DNA of 64,000 nucleotides from positions 175,688 through 239,687 of the forward strand of contig CAYSSX010000004.1 in the NCBI GenBank assembly GCA_964434115.1, read 5' to 3'. A program made the translations under genes and the position numbers. Positions 46,501 through 54,495 of the stretch are shown piece by piece. The stretch comes from an uncultured bacterium. GTDB taxonomy: Bacteria; Omnitrophota; Omnitrophia; Omnitrophales; Aquincolibacteriaceae. Positions within the stretch are counted from its first letter, which is position 1; each line of letters starts with the position of its first letter. The notes under the pieces were generated by a model. That model made no database searches. It worked only from the letters and a program-made list of their open reading frames with translations, and was not told the DNA's origin.

Positions 46501-47076
46501 ACCCAATGCCGTGTGGAAAGCCACGAGAGTAAAGAAGGCCCAGATAGAAGAACCATGCCCGCCGCTGAGGTAGCCGATCATGGAAGCACTGCCCAAGGCA
46601 AAAAGAGCGGTCCCAATGCCGCCGGTCAGAAAATGCCTGCGGGAGGCCTTGCTCCGGTCTGAAATTAAAAACGCCAGGCAAATAAGACAGAAGCAAAGCG
46701 CCGTTGTCGGCGCCATCCGCACCGGCTGAGGACTGCAGAGCGCGGCCCAAGCAGGAAGCAGCGCATCGTTGATCCCGGTTTTGGCATGAAAAAGATATTC
46801 CGCGAGCGTGAGAGCGCCCACAAAGCCCGGCACGCAGGAAAAGACCGTGTAAAAAATTCTTTTTTGCAAGGCGGCGGTAAGGACTGCGGCTCCCGTAAAA
46901 ACAAAGCAAAGCGCGGTATTGGGATGCATGTGGGCAAAAGCCGGGTTGATCTGAGTCAGCACCTCCAAATGGAAAATCCATCCGAACAGAGCCGTCAATC
47001 CAAGAAGAGTGCAAAAAGAACCGGCCGTAAGGCGCGCGCGGTTCAGACCTTTCACATCACGCATTGATTGCAGCAT
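43519..47076 (-). CDS. Large membrane sensor histidine kinase (multi-TM N-terminus, periplasmic sensor, 3-4 PAS domains, HisKA, HATPase_c)
   Basis: ~1185 aa; repeated PAS segments, ...VASHDLQEPLRKI... H-box; probable start ATG ~47076 (alternative 47064). Confidence 0.85.
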   Translation of the reverse strand: MLQSMRDVKGLNRARLTAGSFCTLLGLTALFGWIFHLEVLTQINPAFAHMHPNTALCFVFTGAAVLTAALQKRIFYTVFSCVPGFVGALTLAEYLFHAKTGINDALLPAWAALCSPQPVRMAPTTALCFCLICLAFLISDRSKASRRHFLTGGIGTALFALGSASMIGYLSGGHGSSIWAFFTLVAFHTALGFVLVGIFLVYESWCLGSRMMPQFFVFVFGVTLAAQTYYILLAEQQKSFYMQFSSDAQDRITLFRRYVDADLQVMNALKAFYKGSSQVDRDEFRIFAGESIAANKSVKAMDWLPLVSGAERESFEQQARAGGLEGYRFYQKDREGKPEEIAAKDRYFPIFFTVPFEDNKHRLGFDVSSDPTRHEAMRRIARSGSLGTVAPLLRFDDAEHNFKLVILNPIYKGGVPLDTEDQKEAGLSGFVMGTFYLGAILEETFVRPERKAINMLIYDKTDPREKQFLYYYNAEALLAGQTPISQGQPAARSPFFYSETVRIGDRVLEFVCVPSAAYLRSINSWMPWVACWSVLFFVLMISQYVSLMTSRERVIRKTVQERTEALLESENRFRTLVTNAPVGIFETDDMGRCFFANERYLQIAGRSYQEMMGNGWIQAVHPEDRGKVLRAWAEALKSGGPLVMDGRVLTSEGEVRWALGTAIPVLDKGGKLKGYLGTITDISDFRKTEQALRQNRTFLKSMIDNLPVSVFVKSAKPELFGMFELWNTTAEKILGWKAEDVIGKTDYDFFPKEQADFFRAKDQEVFDSGKPLDIPSEKIESHNQGERYLHTIKVPVYDDNNQPLYLLGISQDITERKKTEIALRQSEERFREAFTHSAIGMALVGIDGRWLEVNRSLCGILGYSEEELLKTTFQKITHPDDLNADLENVNQLLAGKIDFYHMEKRYIHKKGHYVWGLLAVSLVRDEQGAPLVFVAQVKDITERRNAVQQLQQKSLELARSNKELEEFACVASHDLQEPLRKIISFSKLLEEKEKSRLDDEAHDYLNRIVGGAMRMRQLIEDLLTYSRVMRKIKPFEKVDLNALVAEVLSDLEIRILETEARISVKTLLPVMADPGQVSQLFLNLLGNALKFSRPGEVPCVEIEGVSLNNGFQEIRIKDNGIGFDEKYLDRIFVPFQRLHTRSEYEGTGIGLSICQKIVHRHGGEITARSKPGEGAAFIFTLPLAP

Positions 47077-47194
47077 CCTGATTTTCCACTCTCTTTTAAA
47101 ACACTCATGACGCTTTGGGATACAGCTCCGCCGCGCGAGAAAACTCATTTTTTTATCGGCTTTATAAGGTTTGAACTAACGCTGCATTTAGAAG

Positions 47195-47232
47195 AAAAAA
47201 AAAGCCCCCTGCCGTTTAAAACGGCAGAGGGC
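47195..47232 (-). terminator. Rho-independent terminator (GCCCTCTGCCGT-TTTAA-ACGGCAGGGGGC followed by T9 on the minus strand)
   Basis: Downstream of the wHTH gene 47260..47481. Confidence 0.7.
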
Positions 47233-47259
47233 CGGATCCCCATCAAAAGCAGAAGGTTT

Positions 47260-47481
47260 TTAGACGCCTGAAGTCAGAAGTGAGACCTTGACGCCCTTGC
47301 CTTGCTTTGCGACATTGATTTTGTCTTCCCTCGCAAGCCAGCCAATGGCCTGGTTAAAGAGAGCCGTGTCTTCGACACCGACTTCTTTCTGAAGTTTCGA
47401 GGGCGTCAGAGCGCCTTGTTTTTCAAGGATCTGAAAAATTCTTCCCGCTGTTTCACCGATGAAATAATAATTTTCCTGCAT
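47260..47481 (-). CDS. Small winged-helix protein (DUF2582-like), paralog of 34038..34259
   Basis: MQENYYFIGETAGRIFQILEK...FNQAIGWLAREDKI...; RBS GAGGTGA. The ORF-track extension to 47736 is unsupported. Confidence 0.6.
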   Translation of the reverse strand: MQENYYFIGETAGRIFQILEKQGALTPSKLQKEVGVEDTALFNQAIGWLAREDKINVAKQGKGVKVSLLTSGV

Positions 47482-47542
47482 AAACTCACCTCGCGTTTGA
47501 AAGTTCAAACATAGGTTCATTATAGGCCTGTAAAGACGGCTG

Positions 47543-49030
47543 TCAAAAGGCATAATGCCGCAAAGGCTTAAAAAAATGGACTTCTCCGGGCCCCAGCTCC
47601 ACATACAGCCCATGCGCCTTAAGCTCGCTTTGACTTCTCTGATACACCACCCCTGAAAAAAGGTCTTCCAGATAAAGATTTTCCGATAAATCCGGGAAAA
47701 CCCAGGGAATGCGCGCAGAGCAGCGGCCCTCGGCAAGGTTCAGCACGCCAAGCCGCCAATCTTCCCCCAAGGTCCAGGCTGTGACCATAATATGATGGTA
47801 AGAGGGGTCCGCGTCCCAGGAGGGACGGGGTTGAAGAATTTGCCACAACCCTTTCTTTAACAAAGGCTTAGAACATTCATTCCAGAGTTTTTCATAAAAC
47901 CCTTTAAGAGCCTCATGCACAGGCTCTTCCGGCCCCCGGGCCAGCTGCACAGGGATGTGGCGGGCGGCCCCTTCCGCCTGCCCGTCATGAAAAAAGCGCA
48001 TTCCGGGCTGAAGCGCGCAGGCCAGCGCCGCGGCTTTGGAGCGCTCTCCGAGGAACACCTCCGCGGCCCGCATTTCATCATGATTTTCAATAAACCGGAC
48101 CATGCGCGTCTCCAGGCCCTCCTGAGAAAGCAGATGCCTTCTCGCTCCGTCCGCAGACCCTGCCCGCAATTGATCGTAAAATTTTTTGTCGTACACAAGG
48201 TCAAACCCAAGGTCCAAAAGTTTTTTTTCCAGGTCCCAGTAAACTTCCGCCATAAAAAGAAACTTCGGGTAGCGGGCTTTCACGGTCCGGATGGCTTCTT
48301 TCCAAAACTCTTCGGCAGGCGCCTTCAAACGCACGGTTTCTCCCCAGACGCGTGAAAAGACCTCGTTCAGCCCGAGCATCGCCATATCGCAGCGGACACC
48401 GTCAGCCACCGCGGCAATATGAAGAAGCTCCCCGGTCATTTTCTCCCGCATCTCGGCGGAAAAAAAATTCACCTGGACCGTATCAATCCAGGGTTCAAAA
48501 TAAGGGTCACGGCCGTGGGCCAGCCACGCGCCGCCCTCAGTTTTAAAAAACCAGCCCGGGTGATTCTTGAGATCGGTTTTGGAAGCGCGCACAAAAAGTT
48601 CGGGATGAGAAAGCGTCCAGGGGTGGTCAAAGGCAAGGTGGTTGGGAACAAAGTCCAGAATCACTTTCAGGCCTGCTGCGTTCAGTTTCTTTTTGATTTT
48701 CACCAAAACACTGGGCGGGCCCAAAAAGGGATCGCGCTCATAACCGTAAACCGCGTAGGGAGACCCTGTAATATCAGCCTCGGTCCAGCCGGGTAAAAGC
48801 GCGTCATAAATTTTGATTTGATTCGGGTGGGTCAGCGCGATTTTCCGCGCGCCGGGACTTCTTTTCCACACGCCCATGAGCCAGACATAATCAAACCCCT
48901 TTTGCTTCAGGCTTTCCCATTCGGCATCGGAAACTTCGTCAAGCGTGAGGGCTCGCCCCGCCTCACGGCGTTTCCGGTTCAGCCAGACAAAGGTATTGAG
49001 TTCCATCATCTGCGCGGATTCCAAAAGCAC
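47543..49030 (-). CDS. GH13-family alpha-amylase-like enzyme (cytoplasmic glycosidase / transglucosidase)
   Basis: GH13 regions: ...VILDFVPNHLAFDHPW..., ...GVRCDMA..., ...FIENHDE... . Start uncertain (GTG 49030, TTG ~49020 after AAGGAG, or ATG at MMELNTF). Confidence 0.7.
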   Translation of the reverse strand: MLLESAQMMELNTFVWLNRKRREAGRALTLDEVSDAEWESLKQKGFDYVWLMGVWKRSPGARKIALTHPNQIKIYDALLPGWTEADITGSPYAVYGYERDPFLGPPSVLVKIKKKLNAAGLKVILDFVPNHLAFDHPWTLSHPELFVRASKTDLKNHPGWFFKTEGGAWLAHGRDPYFEPWIDTVQVNFFSAEMREKMTGELLHIAAVADGVRCDMAMLGLNEVFSRVWGETVRLKAPAEEFWKEAIRTVKARYPKFLFMAEVYWDLEKKLLDLGFDLVYDKKFYDQLRAGSADGARRHLLSQEGLETRMVRFIENHDEMRAAEVFLGERSKAAALACALQPGMRFFHDGQAEGAARHIPVQLARGPEEPVHEALKGFYEKLWNECSKPLLKKGLWQILQPRPSWDADPSYHHIMVTAWTLGEDWRLGVLNLAEGRCSARIPWVFPDLSENLYLEDLFSGVVYQRSQSELKAHGLYVELGPGEVHFFKPLRHYAF

Positions 49031-49036
49031 TCCTTT

Positions 49037-50683
49037 TTATTTTTGCGGCTTACGGCCCTTGTCAGAAACCCAGAATTCCAGATACCGGCCCAGCATCAGC
49101 CGGGTCTGCGCATCCAAAGCCGGGAGAGCGCTGAAGAAAATAACAATCGGCGGGACGAGAAACCACTCAAAGGCATGAATGGCGCGGATAAAAAGAGACT
49201 GTTTGGTTTTGCTTTTGGGAAGAAGAAAAAGGCTCAGGATAATCGTTGCCAAAAGCGATACAAAGGCCAGGTTGAAAATCGTCGTGCTGATACGCGGCGC
49301 GCTGTAATACAAAACAGAGTTGGCGTATTCGCGGCTCGCAAAAAGCGCGGGCATCCACCCGATCACGGCCAGCAGAAAAGGCCACGTGGCCCAGGCCAGA
49401 TGCCCCTCAAAAAGCTTGAACCCGTAAAGAACTTTGGAGCGGAACGGAATGCCTTTGGAGCGCAGAAAACCGCGCATGACAATCGGAAAATTCTCAACCC
49501 CCCAGGCCCAGCGGCGTTTCTGTTTATACACATGCACCGCTGTTTTAAAAAGACTGCCCGCGTCAATCACATCCATTGAGACCGTGATGTACATGGGAAC
49601 GGCCCGGTAGTCGCCGTCATAGTGAAGAAGGGATTTCCAGAAAATCGCGGAGTCATCCGAGATCATGTCCACCGGCCAGTAATCCACTTCGACGAGCGCC
49701 TTGAAACTCATGCTGTGGCTTGAAAAAGTCACCAGCTTGTCGGGGTCTGTCGCTTCCGTAAGCTGGAAAAAAGAGGCCCCGGTTTCCAGCACCCGCGCGA
49801 ACCCCGGGACATCCCAGATGTTGTTGTGATACACCGGGACCGGCTGAAAGCTGGCGCGGAAACGGTTGGGACAAATCATAAAACTATACGTCAGGCACGC
49901 GAAGTAATTCATGCTGACCACGGTGTCCGCGTCGAAACAGGAAATGACAATATTTTCGAAGGCCACTTCTCTTTCCTTAAAATACTCCGCGGCCTGGCGC
50001 GCGGCATAAGTGATGTTCGCGCCTTTGACGCGCGCTTCCCCCGGAATGCCCGAGGGGTGATAGATCACGAGAAAATCCCGGAAGTCTTTCTTGTATTTTT
50101 TCTTCAGCTCTTCGGCGCCCTGCTTCACATCGTCCTTGGCCCTGTCCTCAAGCGCCAGCACCATCACGATACGCGAAGCGGGGTAACTTCCCCTCGCAAT
50201 GCTCTCAATACCCGGCTCCAGAACATCCCGGCTTTCCTTGATCGCGGGAATCACCACCAGATGCACGATTTCATCGGATTGGGGCGGAGGAAAAACGCTT
50301 TCTTTGATCCGCTCGATCTCCTGCCGGTAAATCCACGCTGAAATCTTGCGCTTGAGGTTCCAGCCTTTCACGCGCGGCGGATTTAATTCTCCTCCCGCGA
50401 GAAAAACATCCAAAGCCTTGACCCGGCCAAACCAATCTGTTTTTTCTTCAAGCGAAAGGCGGAAGTAGGAAAGACAAAGAAAAATCGTGATGTAAAACAT
50501 CCTCAGCAGCCAGTAGAAATTGAAAACAATCATCACAATCGCGGCCGCGACCGGTTTGGTAAAAGAAAGCGTGATCATTCCCAGAATCACAAACCAGCTG
50601 GCGGCCCCGGGAAGAATTTCAAAAAGCCTTTCCAGCCGGGCTTCGCGGGGCGAAAGGTTGTGCCGTGAAAAATGAAATTTCAT
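49037..50683 (-). CDS. Processive family-2 glycosyltransferase (cellulose-synthase-like membrane-embedded polysaccharide synthase)
   Basis: N- and C-terminal TM bundles, ...ISCFDADTV... (DxD), ...QKRRWAWG... (QxxRW). Confidence 0.8.
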   Translation of the reverse strand: MKFHFSRHNLSPREARLERLFEILPGAASWFVILGMITLSFTKPVAAAIVMIVFNFYWLLRMFYITIFLCLSYFRLSLEEKTDWFGRVKALDVFLAGGELNPPRVKGWNLKRKISAWIYRQEIERIKESVFPPPQSDEIVHLVVIPAIKESRDVLEPGIESIARGSYPASRIVMVLALEDRAKDDVKQGAEELKKKYKKDFRDFLVIYHPSGIPGEARVKGANITYAARQAAEYFKEREVAFENIVISCFDADTVVSMNYFACLTYSFMICPNRFRASFQPVPVYHNNIWDVPGFARVLETGASFFQLTEATDPDKLVTFSSHSMSFKALVEVDYWPVDMISDDSAIFWKSLLHYDGDYRAVPMYITVSMDVIDAGSLFKTAVHVYKQKRRWAWGVENFPIVMRGFLRSKGIPFRSKVLYGFKLFEGHLAWATWPFLLAVIGWMPALFASREYANSVLYYSAPRISTTIFNLAFVSLLATIILSLFLLPKSKTKQSLFIRAIHAFEWFLVPPIVIFFSALPALDAQTRLMLGRYLEFWVSDKGRKPQK

Positions 50684-52158
50684 ACTTCCCGGATCTCGCT
50701 TTCTTTGCGTTCTTCCAAAAGATTGGGCAGTGTTAAAAATTTGATTTTCCGTTTCGGCAGGATCTCAAGCGCTGAAAGCGCTCCGCCGGATTCGGCCAGG
50801 TAGTAAAGCTTACCGGTATCATCGGAATAATAGATCATGCTGTCTTTTTTAACGTCCACGATGGGGTTGACCTGGGATTGGCCAAAACCTTCCAGTTCCA
50901 GAAGCGAGACATGCTGCCCGTCCCGGAAAAGAATATGCGCGCCTTCAAAGACCCAAAAGGCCTGGCGGATATCCGAGCCGTCACGAAACACTGAAATCAA
51001 GCGGACCCCTTTTTCAAAAATTTCCTTTTCCGCCGGCATGCGCCTGAAATCCAGAACACTGATGCTGTCCGGCCCCCAGGCCAAAACCTTACGCGGGCCT
51101 ACCAAAAAAGTCCCGCCGTAAAACTCCATTCCGGAAACCCCTGTCTCCGTGTGCACATAAGGAAGGCGGTTGCTGACCAGCTTCCCGTCCCGGCCCAGGA
51201 AGAGAACAAGGTCACGGGAAAACACATGAAGGGAGTACTCGTCCGTCTCACCCAGCAGGGTTTTCACAAGGTCGGCATCGCGGGACAAAAGCTTCCGGCC
51301 TTCCCCGTCCATTTCCTGCATGAGGAGGGTGTTATCTTTTTTCAGGGCATACACCCCCTTTTCAAAAAGCCCGATGCCCCGCACGTCTTTGAGAAAACCC
51401 GGAGACACCGTATTTTTTCCGGCATCCACCCGGTTCACAGTCCCTTCCCGGACCGCGAAAAGAACATCCTCGGCGGCCCCGTTCCAGACCACGGTTTCCG
51501 GCGATTCTAAAAACAACGGCGTCAAGTCTTGGGGGACTTCGTCATCAGCCTTGAAAAGAAGGTAGCGGTGCTTATTCGAGGCTTCGTCGGTTTCAAAAAG
51601 AATCAGCGGGCTGTCTTCCCTGACAAAAAATCTTGAGAAGCGAACACCGGCCATCCCTGCTTTCGAAGACACCAGCGGACGGACTTCCTCGCTCCGGGTA
51701 TCAAACACCTGGACATCCGAAAGCTTTGAAGTGCGGGTGAGGAGAAGCCGGGTGCCGCGGGCAAACGGGACAAAGTCCCGGAAACTCTCTTCGGCCAAAA
51801 TTTCCGGCTTGAATTCCTCGGGAAGCAGAAGGATTTTGTCGATAACCGTAGCCTTGCCGGCTTCCACGGGAAGGTTTTGGTTCCACGGCTTATAACCTTT
51901 AAGGGAAAGGGTCAGAGGGTATTCGCCCGGCATCAGGTCAAGCATCAGGGAGGGGGTCGGCTGCTCCAGTAGTTTTCCGGACAAAGTGACCGAGGCCCCT
52001 GCCGGCACGGTCGCGGCATAGATCAAGCCTGTCTTCACAATCCCCTGTTCATGCCCTGGTTTAAACAAATACCCCAAGGCATAGAGTACAATTAAAGGAC
52101 AGAAGACAATAAAGATCAGGGAAAAAAAGTAGAAAACAATTTTTCGAAGCAGTCCCAT
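50680..52158 (-). CDS. Membrane-anchored PEGA-domain protein with a C-terminal beta-rich domain
   Basis: N-terminal TM, then PEGA-like ...ATVPAGASVTLSGKLLEQPTPSLMLDLMPGEYPLTLSLKGYKPW...; 4 nt overlap with the GT2 synthase start. Confidence 0.6.
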   Translation of the reverse strand: MGLLRKIVFYFFSLIFIVFCPLIVLYALGYLFKPGHEQGIVKTGLIYAATVPAGASVTLSGKLLEQPTPSLMLDLMPGEYPLTLSLKGYKPWNQNLPVEAGKATVIDKILLLPEEFKPEILAEESFRDFVPFARGTRLLLTRTSKLSDVQVFDTRSEEVRPLVSSKAGMAGVRFSRFFVREDSPLILFETDEASNKHRYLLFKADDEVPQDLTPLFLESPETVVWNGAAEDVLFAVREGTVNRVDAGKNTVSPGFLKDVRGIGLFEKGVYALKKDNTLLMQEMDGEGRKLLSRDADLVKTLLGETDEYSLHVFSRDLVLFLGRDGKLVSNRLPYVHTETGVSGMEFYGGTFLVGPRKVLAWGPDSISVLDFRRMPAEKEIFEKGVRLISVFRDGSDIRQAFWVFEGAHILFRDGQHVSLLELEGFGQSQVNPIVDVKKDSMIYYSDDTGKLYYLAESGGALSALEILPKRKIKFLTLPNLLEERKESEIREV

Positions 52159-52222
52159 GAATCCGCACTTTGTTTTTTAAGGAAAGAGCCGTAGTATAAC
52201 CAACTTCCTGGGCCCATACAAA

Positions 52223-53545
52223 ATGATTCAAAAATATAGTTCAACGCCTTACTATCGAAGCCTTGACGCCTCCTGGAAAGAAGGGGTCGCGGCCAGCGTC
52301 ATGCTGGCAGTGTCCGAATACTACCTTATTCCCTTCGGCCTGGTGCTTGGAGCATCGTCCCTTGAGATCGGCCTTTTGGTCGCGATTCCTCAGCTGCTCG
52401 GTTCCTTTGCCCAGCTTTTAGCCGTCCGCCTTGTCAAACTTTTGGGAAGCCGCCTTCTGTTTCTGGTTCAGGGAGTGTACCTGCAGGCCGCAATCCTGAT
52501 TCCCATGGCCATGGCGCCTCTTTTTCCCGATGAGTGGCGCGTGGGAATGTTCATTGCTTTGGCAACGGCCTTCCGTATTGTCGGCAATTTGATCGGTACG
52601 GTCTGGGGCAGTTTGGCCAGCGATTACCTTCCGGCCGAGGAGCGCGGGCAGTATTTCGGATGGCGCGCCCGGATCACCGGAATCGCCGGGGTTCTCAGCA
52701 CGCTGGGCGGCGGGATTCTCCTTTATTTTTCCAAGCAATGGACCCATGCCGCGGCAGGCTTCACGGTCCTTTTTCTAGTGATTTCCTTTGCCCGCTTTGT
52801 TTCAGGTTCCCTGATGGCCCGCATGCAGGACATTCCTTTTGAACATGAGCAGGGCGGCAGCTTTACTTTCATCCGCTTTCTGATCCGCTCCCGGGAAAGC
52901 AACTTTTTCAAATTCCTGATTTACGTGGCCAGCATTACTTTTGCCGTGCAGCTGGCCGGCCCTTATTTCAGCGTTTACCTTCTGCGGGATCTCAAATTCG
53001 ATTATCTTTCTTTCACCGGCGTTCAGCTGGCCTCCGTCATCGGCGGGCTCGTGGCCTTTCCCATCTGGGGCCGCCACGCGGACCATGTCGGAAACGCGAC
53101 GCTTTTAAAACTGGGAAGTTTTCTGATTCCTCTGATTCCGTTTCTCTGGCTGATTTCCCCGCACCCCTTCTACCTCATGGCGGTGGAAACTTTTTCAGGA
53201 TTCGTTTTCGGAGGGTTTGGTTTGTGCGCGGTGAATTTTATTTTTGATGCGGTCAGCCAGCCCAAACGCGTTCAATGCCTGAGTTATTTCGCGCTCTTCT
53301 GCGGCATCTCGATTTTTGCGGGCGCCGCGCTCGGCGGTATTTTGGCGGACCGTCTTCCCCTGTTCGGGGGTTCAAGCCTGGGTTCGCTGTTTATTATCTC
53401 AGGAGTTTTGAGAGGGCTTTCTCACTTCGCGCTCGCGGGAAAATTCACGGAAGTCCGGACCAACACGAAAAAAGTTTCCAGCAGCCAGCTCTTCTTCAGT
53501 GCCTTTGGCGTCAAATCCCTTTTCAGGAGATCCCGGGAGACCTGA
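52223..53545 (+). CDS. MFS transporter
   Basis: 12 predicted TM helices, 440 aa. Confidence 0.8.
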   Translation: MIQKYSSTPYYRSLDASWKEGVAASVMLAVSEYYLIPFGLVLGASSLEIGLLVAIPQLLGSFAQLLAVRLVKLLGSRLLFLVQGVYLQAAILIPMAMAPLFPDEWRVGMFIALATAFRIVGNLIGTVWGSLASDYLPAEERGQYFGWRARITGIAGVLSTLGGGILLYFSKQWTHAAAGFTVLFLVISFARFVSGSLMARMQDIPFEHEQGGSFTFIRFLIRSRESNFFKFLIYVASITFAVQLAGPYFSVYLLRDLKFDYLSFTGVQLASVIGGLVAFPIWGRHADHVGNATLLKLGSFLIPLIPFLWLISPHPFYLMAVETFSGFVFGGFGLCAVNFIFDAVSQPKRVQCLSYFALFCGISIFAGAALGGILADRLPLFGGSSLGSLFIISGVLRGLSHFALAGKFTEVRTNTKKVSSSQLFFSAFGVKSLFRRSRET

Positions 53546-53562
53546 CAGAGCAGACAGGCCCT

Positions 53563-53784
53563 TCAGAAATGAAAGGCCTGATCTTCCACCAGTTTATATT
53601 TGATCTTCACTTCGTTTAATTTCTTCTCAATGGCCAGGAACATGGCCTTGATCTCATCCGCGGTATATTCGTAGGTATGCCGGTTGGCGCAGTGGCCGAG
53701 AATATCCAGCTTCTTAAGAACTTCATTGGTGCGGCTTCCCGCAAGCCTCTTGAAACGCTCGCGCCTGACTTCAGGTGTTTCCAT
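53563..53784 (-). CDS. Small hypothetical protein (73 aa)
   Basis: RBS AAGGAGG 5 nt upstream of ATG 53784. Confidence 0.45.
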   Translation of the reverse strand: METPEVRRERFKRLAGSRTNEVLKKLDILGHCANRHTYEYTADEIKAMFLAIEKKLNEVKIKYKLVEDQAFHF

Positions 53785-53894
53785 AAATTCCTCCTTATAG
53801 AATAGGTTCCTAACGGGTTATGAATAGAACCTTACCCTATGGATTGGGTTCTTTCCAGTCACGCGCTGTTTCTTTTTTAAGGGGAATTCCGGGG

Positions 53895-54431
53895 TTAGCT
53901 GTGTTCAACTTTGACGAGGATATAACTGTCTTCCTGGCCGGGGATTTTTTTGAGGAACAATTTCATTTTATCTTTGCCCGGAGAGTCCCAGGACTTGATG
54001 CCGAAGGTTTCAATGGGGTTGCGAACCGCGACCTTGAGCCATTCTTTTTCTTCTTCCTGCTCAGGCTCTTCAAAATCCAGGGTCAGAAGTTTAAGCGCCT
54101 TACGGCCTTTGGCCGCTTCTTTCATTTGTTGAAACTTGGTGGGGCCTTGAAGTTTAATCTTTCCAAACTGCCCGCGGAAGGTTCTTTTAATCAGGAAAGA
54201 CACCACAGCCTGCGGATTGGCACGGTTCTCGGGATTATTTTCAACAGCATCGATCACTGTTTTCGGACTTAACGCTTTGACCCGCACGGGAACAGCCACA
54301 ACACCAATGTCATAATCCGAGGCGTCATAAACAGGCAAACCGTCAGGGGCGGTTTCCGCGGCTGCCGGTAAAACTTGAAAAATAAAGACCGCAAAAAAAA
54401 CAGCGGCAAAGCTCAAAAGGGTCTTTTTCAT
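53895..54431 (-). CDS. Secreted hypothetical protein (signal peptide)
   Basis: MKKTLLSFAAVFFAVFIFQVLPAAA... Confidence 0.5.
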   Translation of the reverse strand: MKKTLLSFAAVFFAVFIFQVLPAAAETAPDGLPVYDASDYDIGVVAVPVRVKALSPKTVIDAVENNPENRANPQAVVSFLIKRTFRGQFGKIKLQGPTKFQQMKEAAKGRKALKLLTLDFEEPEQEEEKEWLKVAVRNPIETFGIKSWDSPGKDKMKLFLKKIPGQEDSYILVKVEHS

Positions 54432-54495
54432 ATTTCTCGCTTTCGCAGGGAATCCGGAATTTTATCCTCAAAACCTTTTCATGCCAAGGAAAAGA

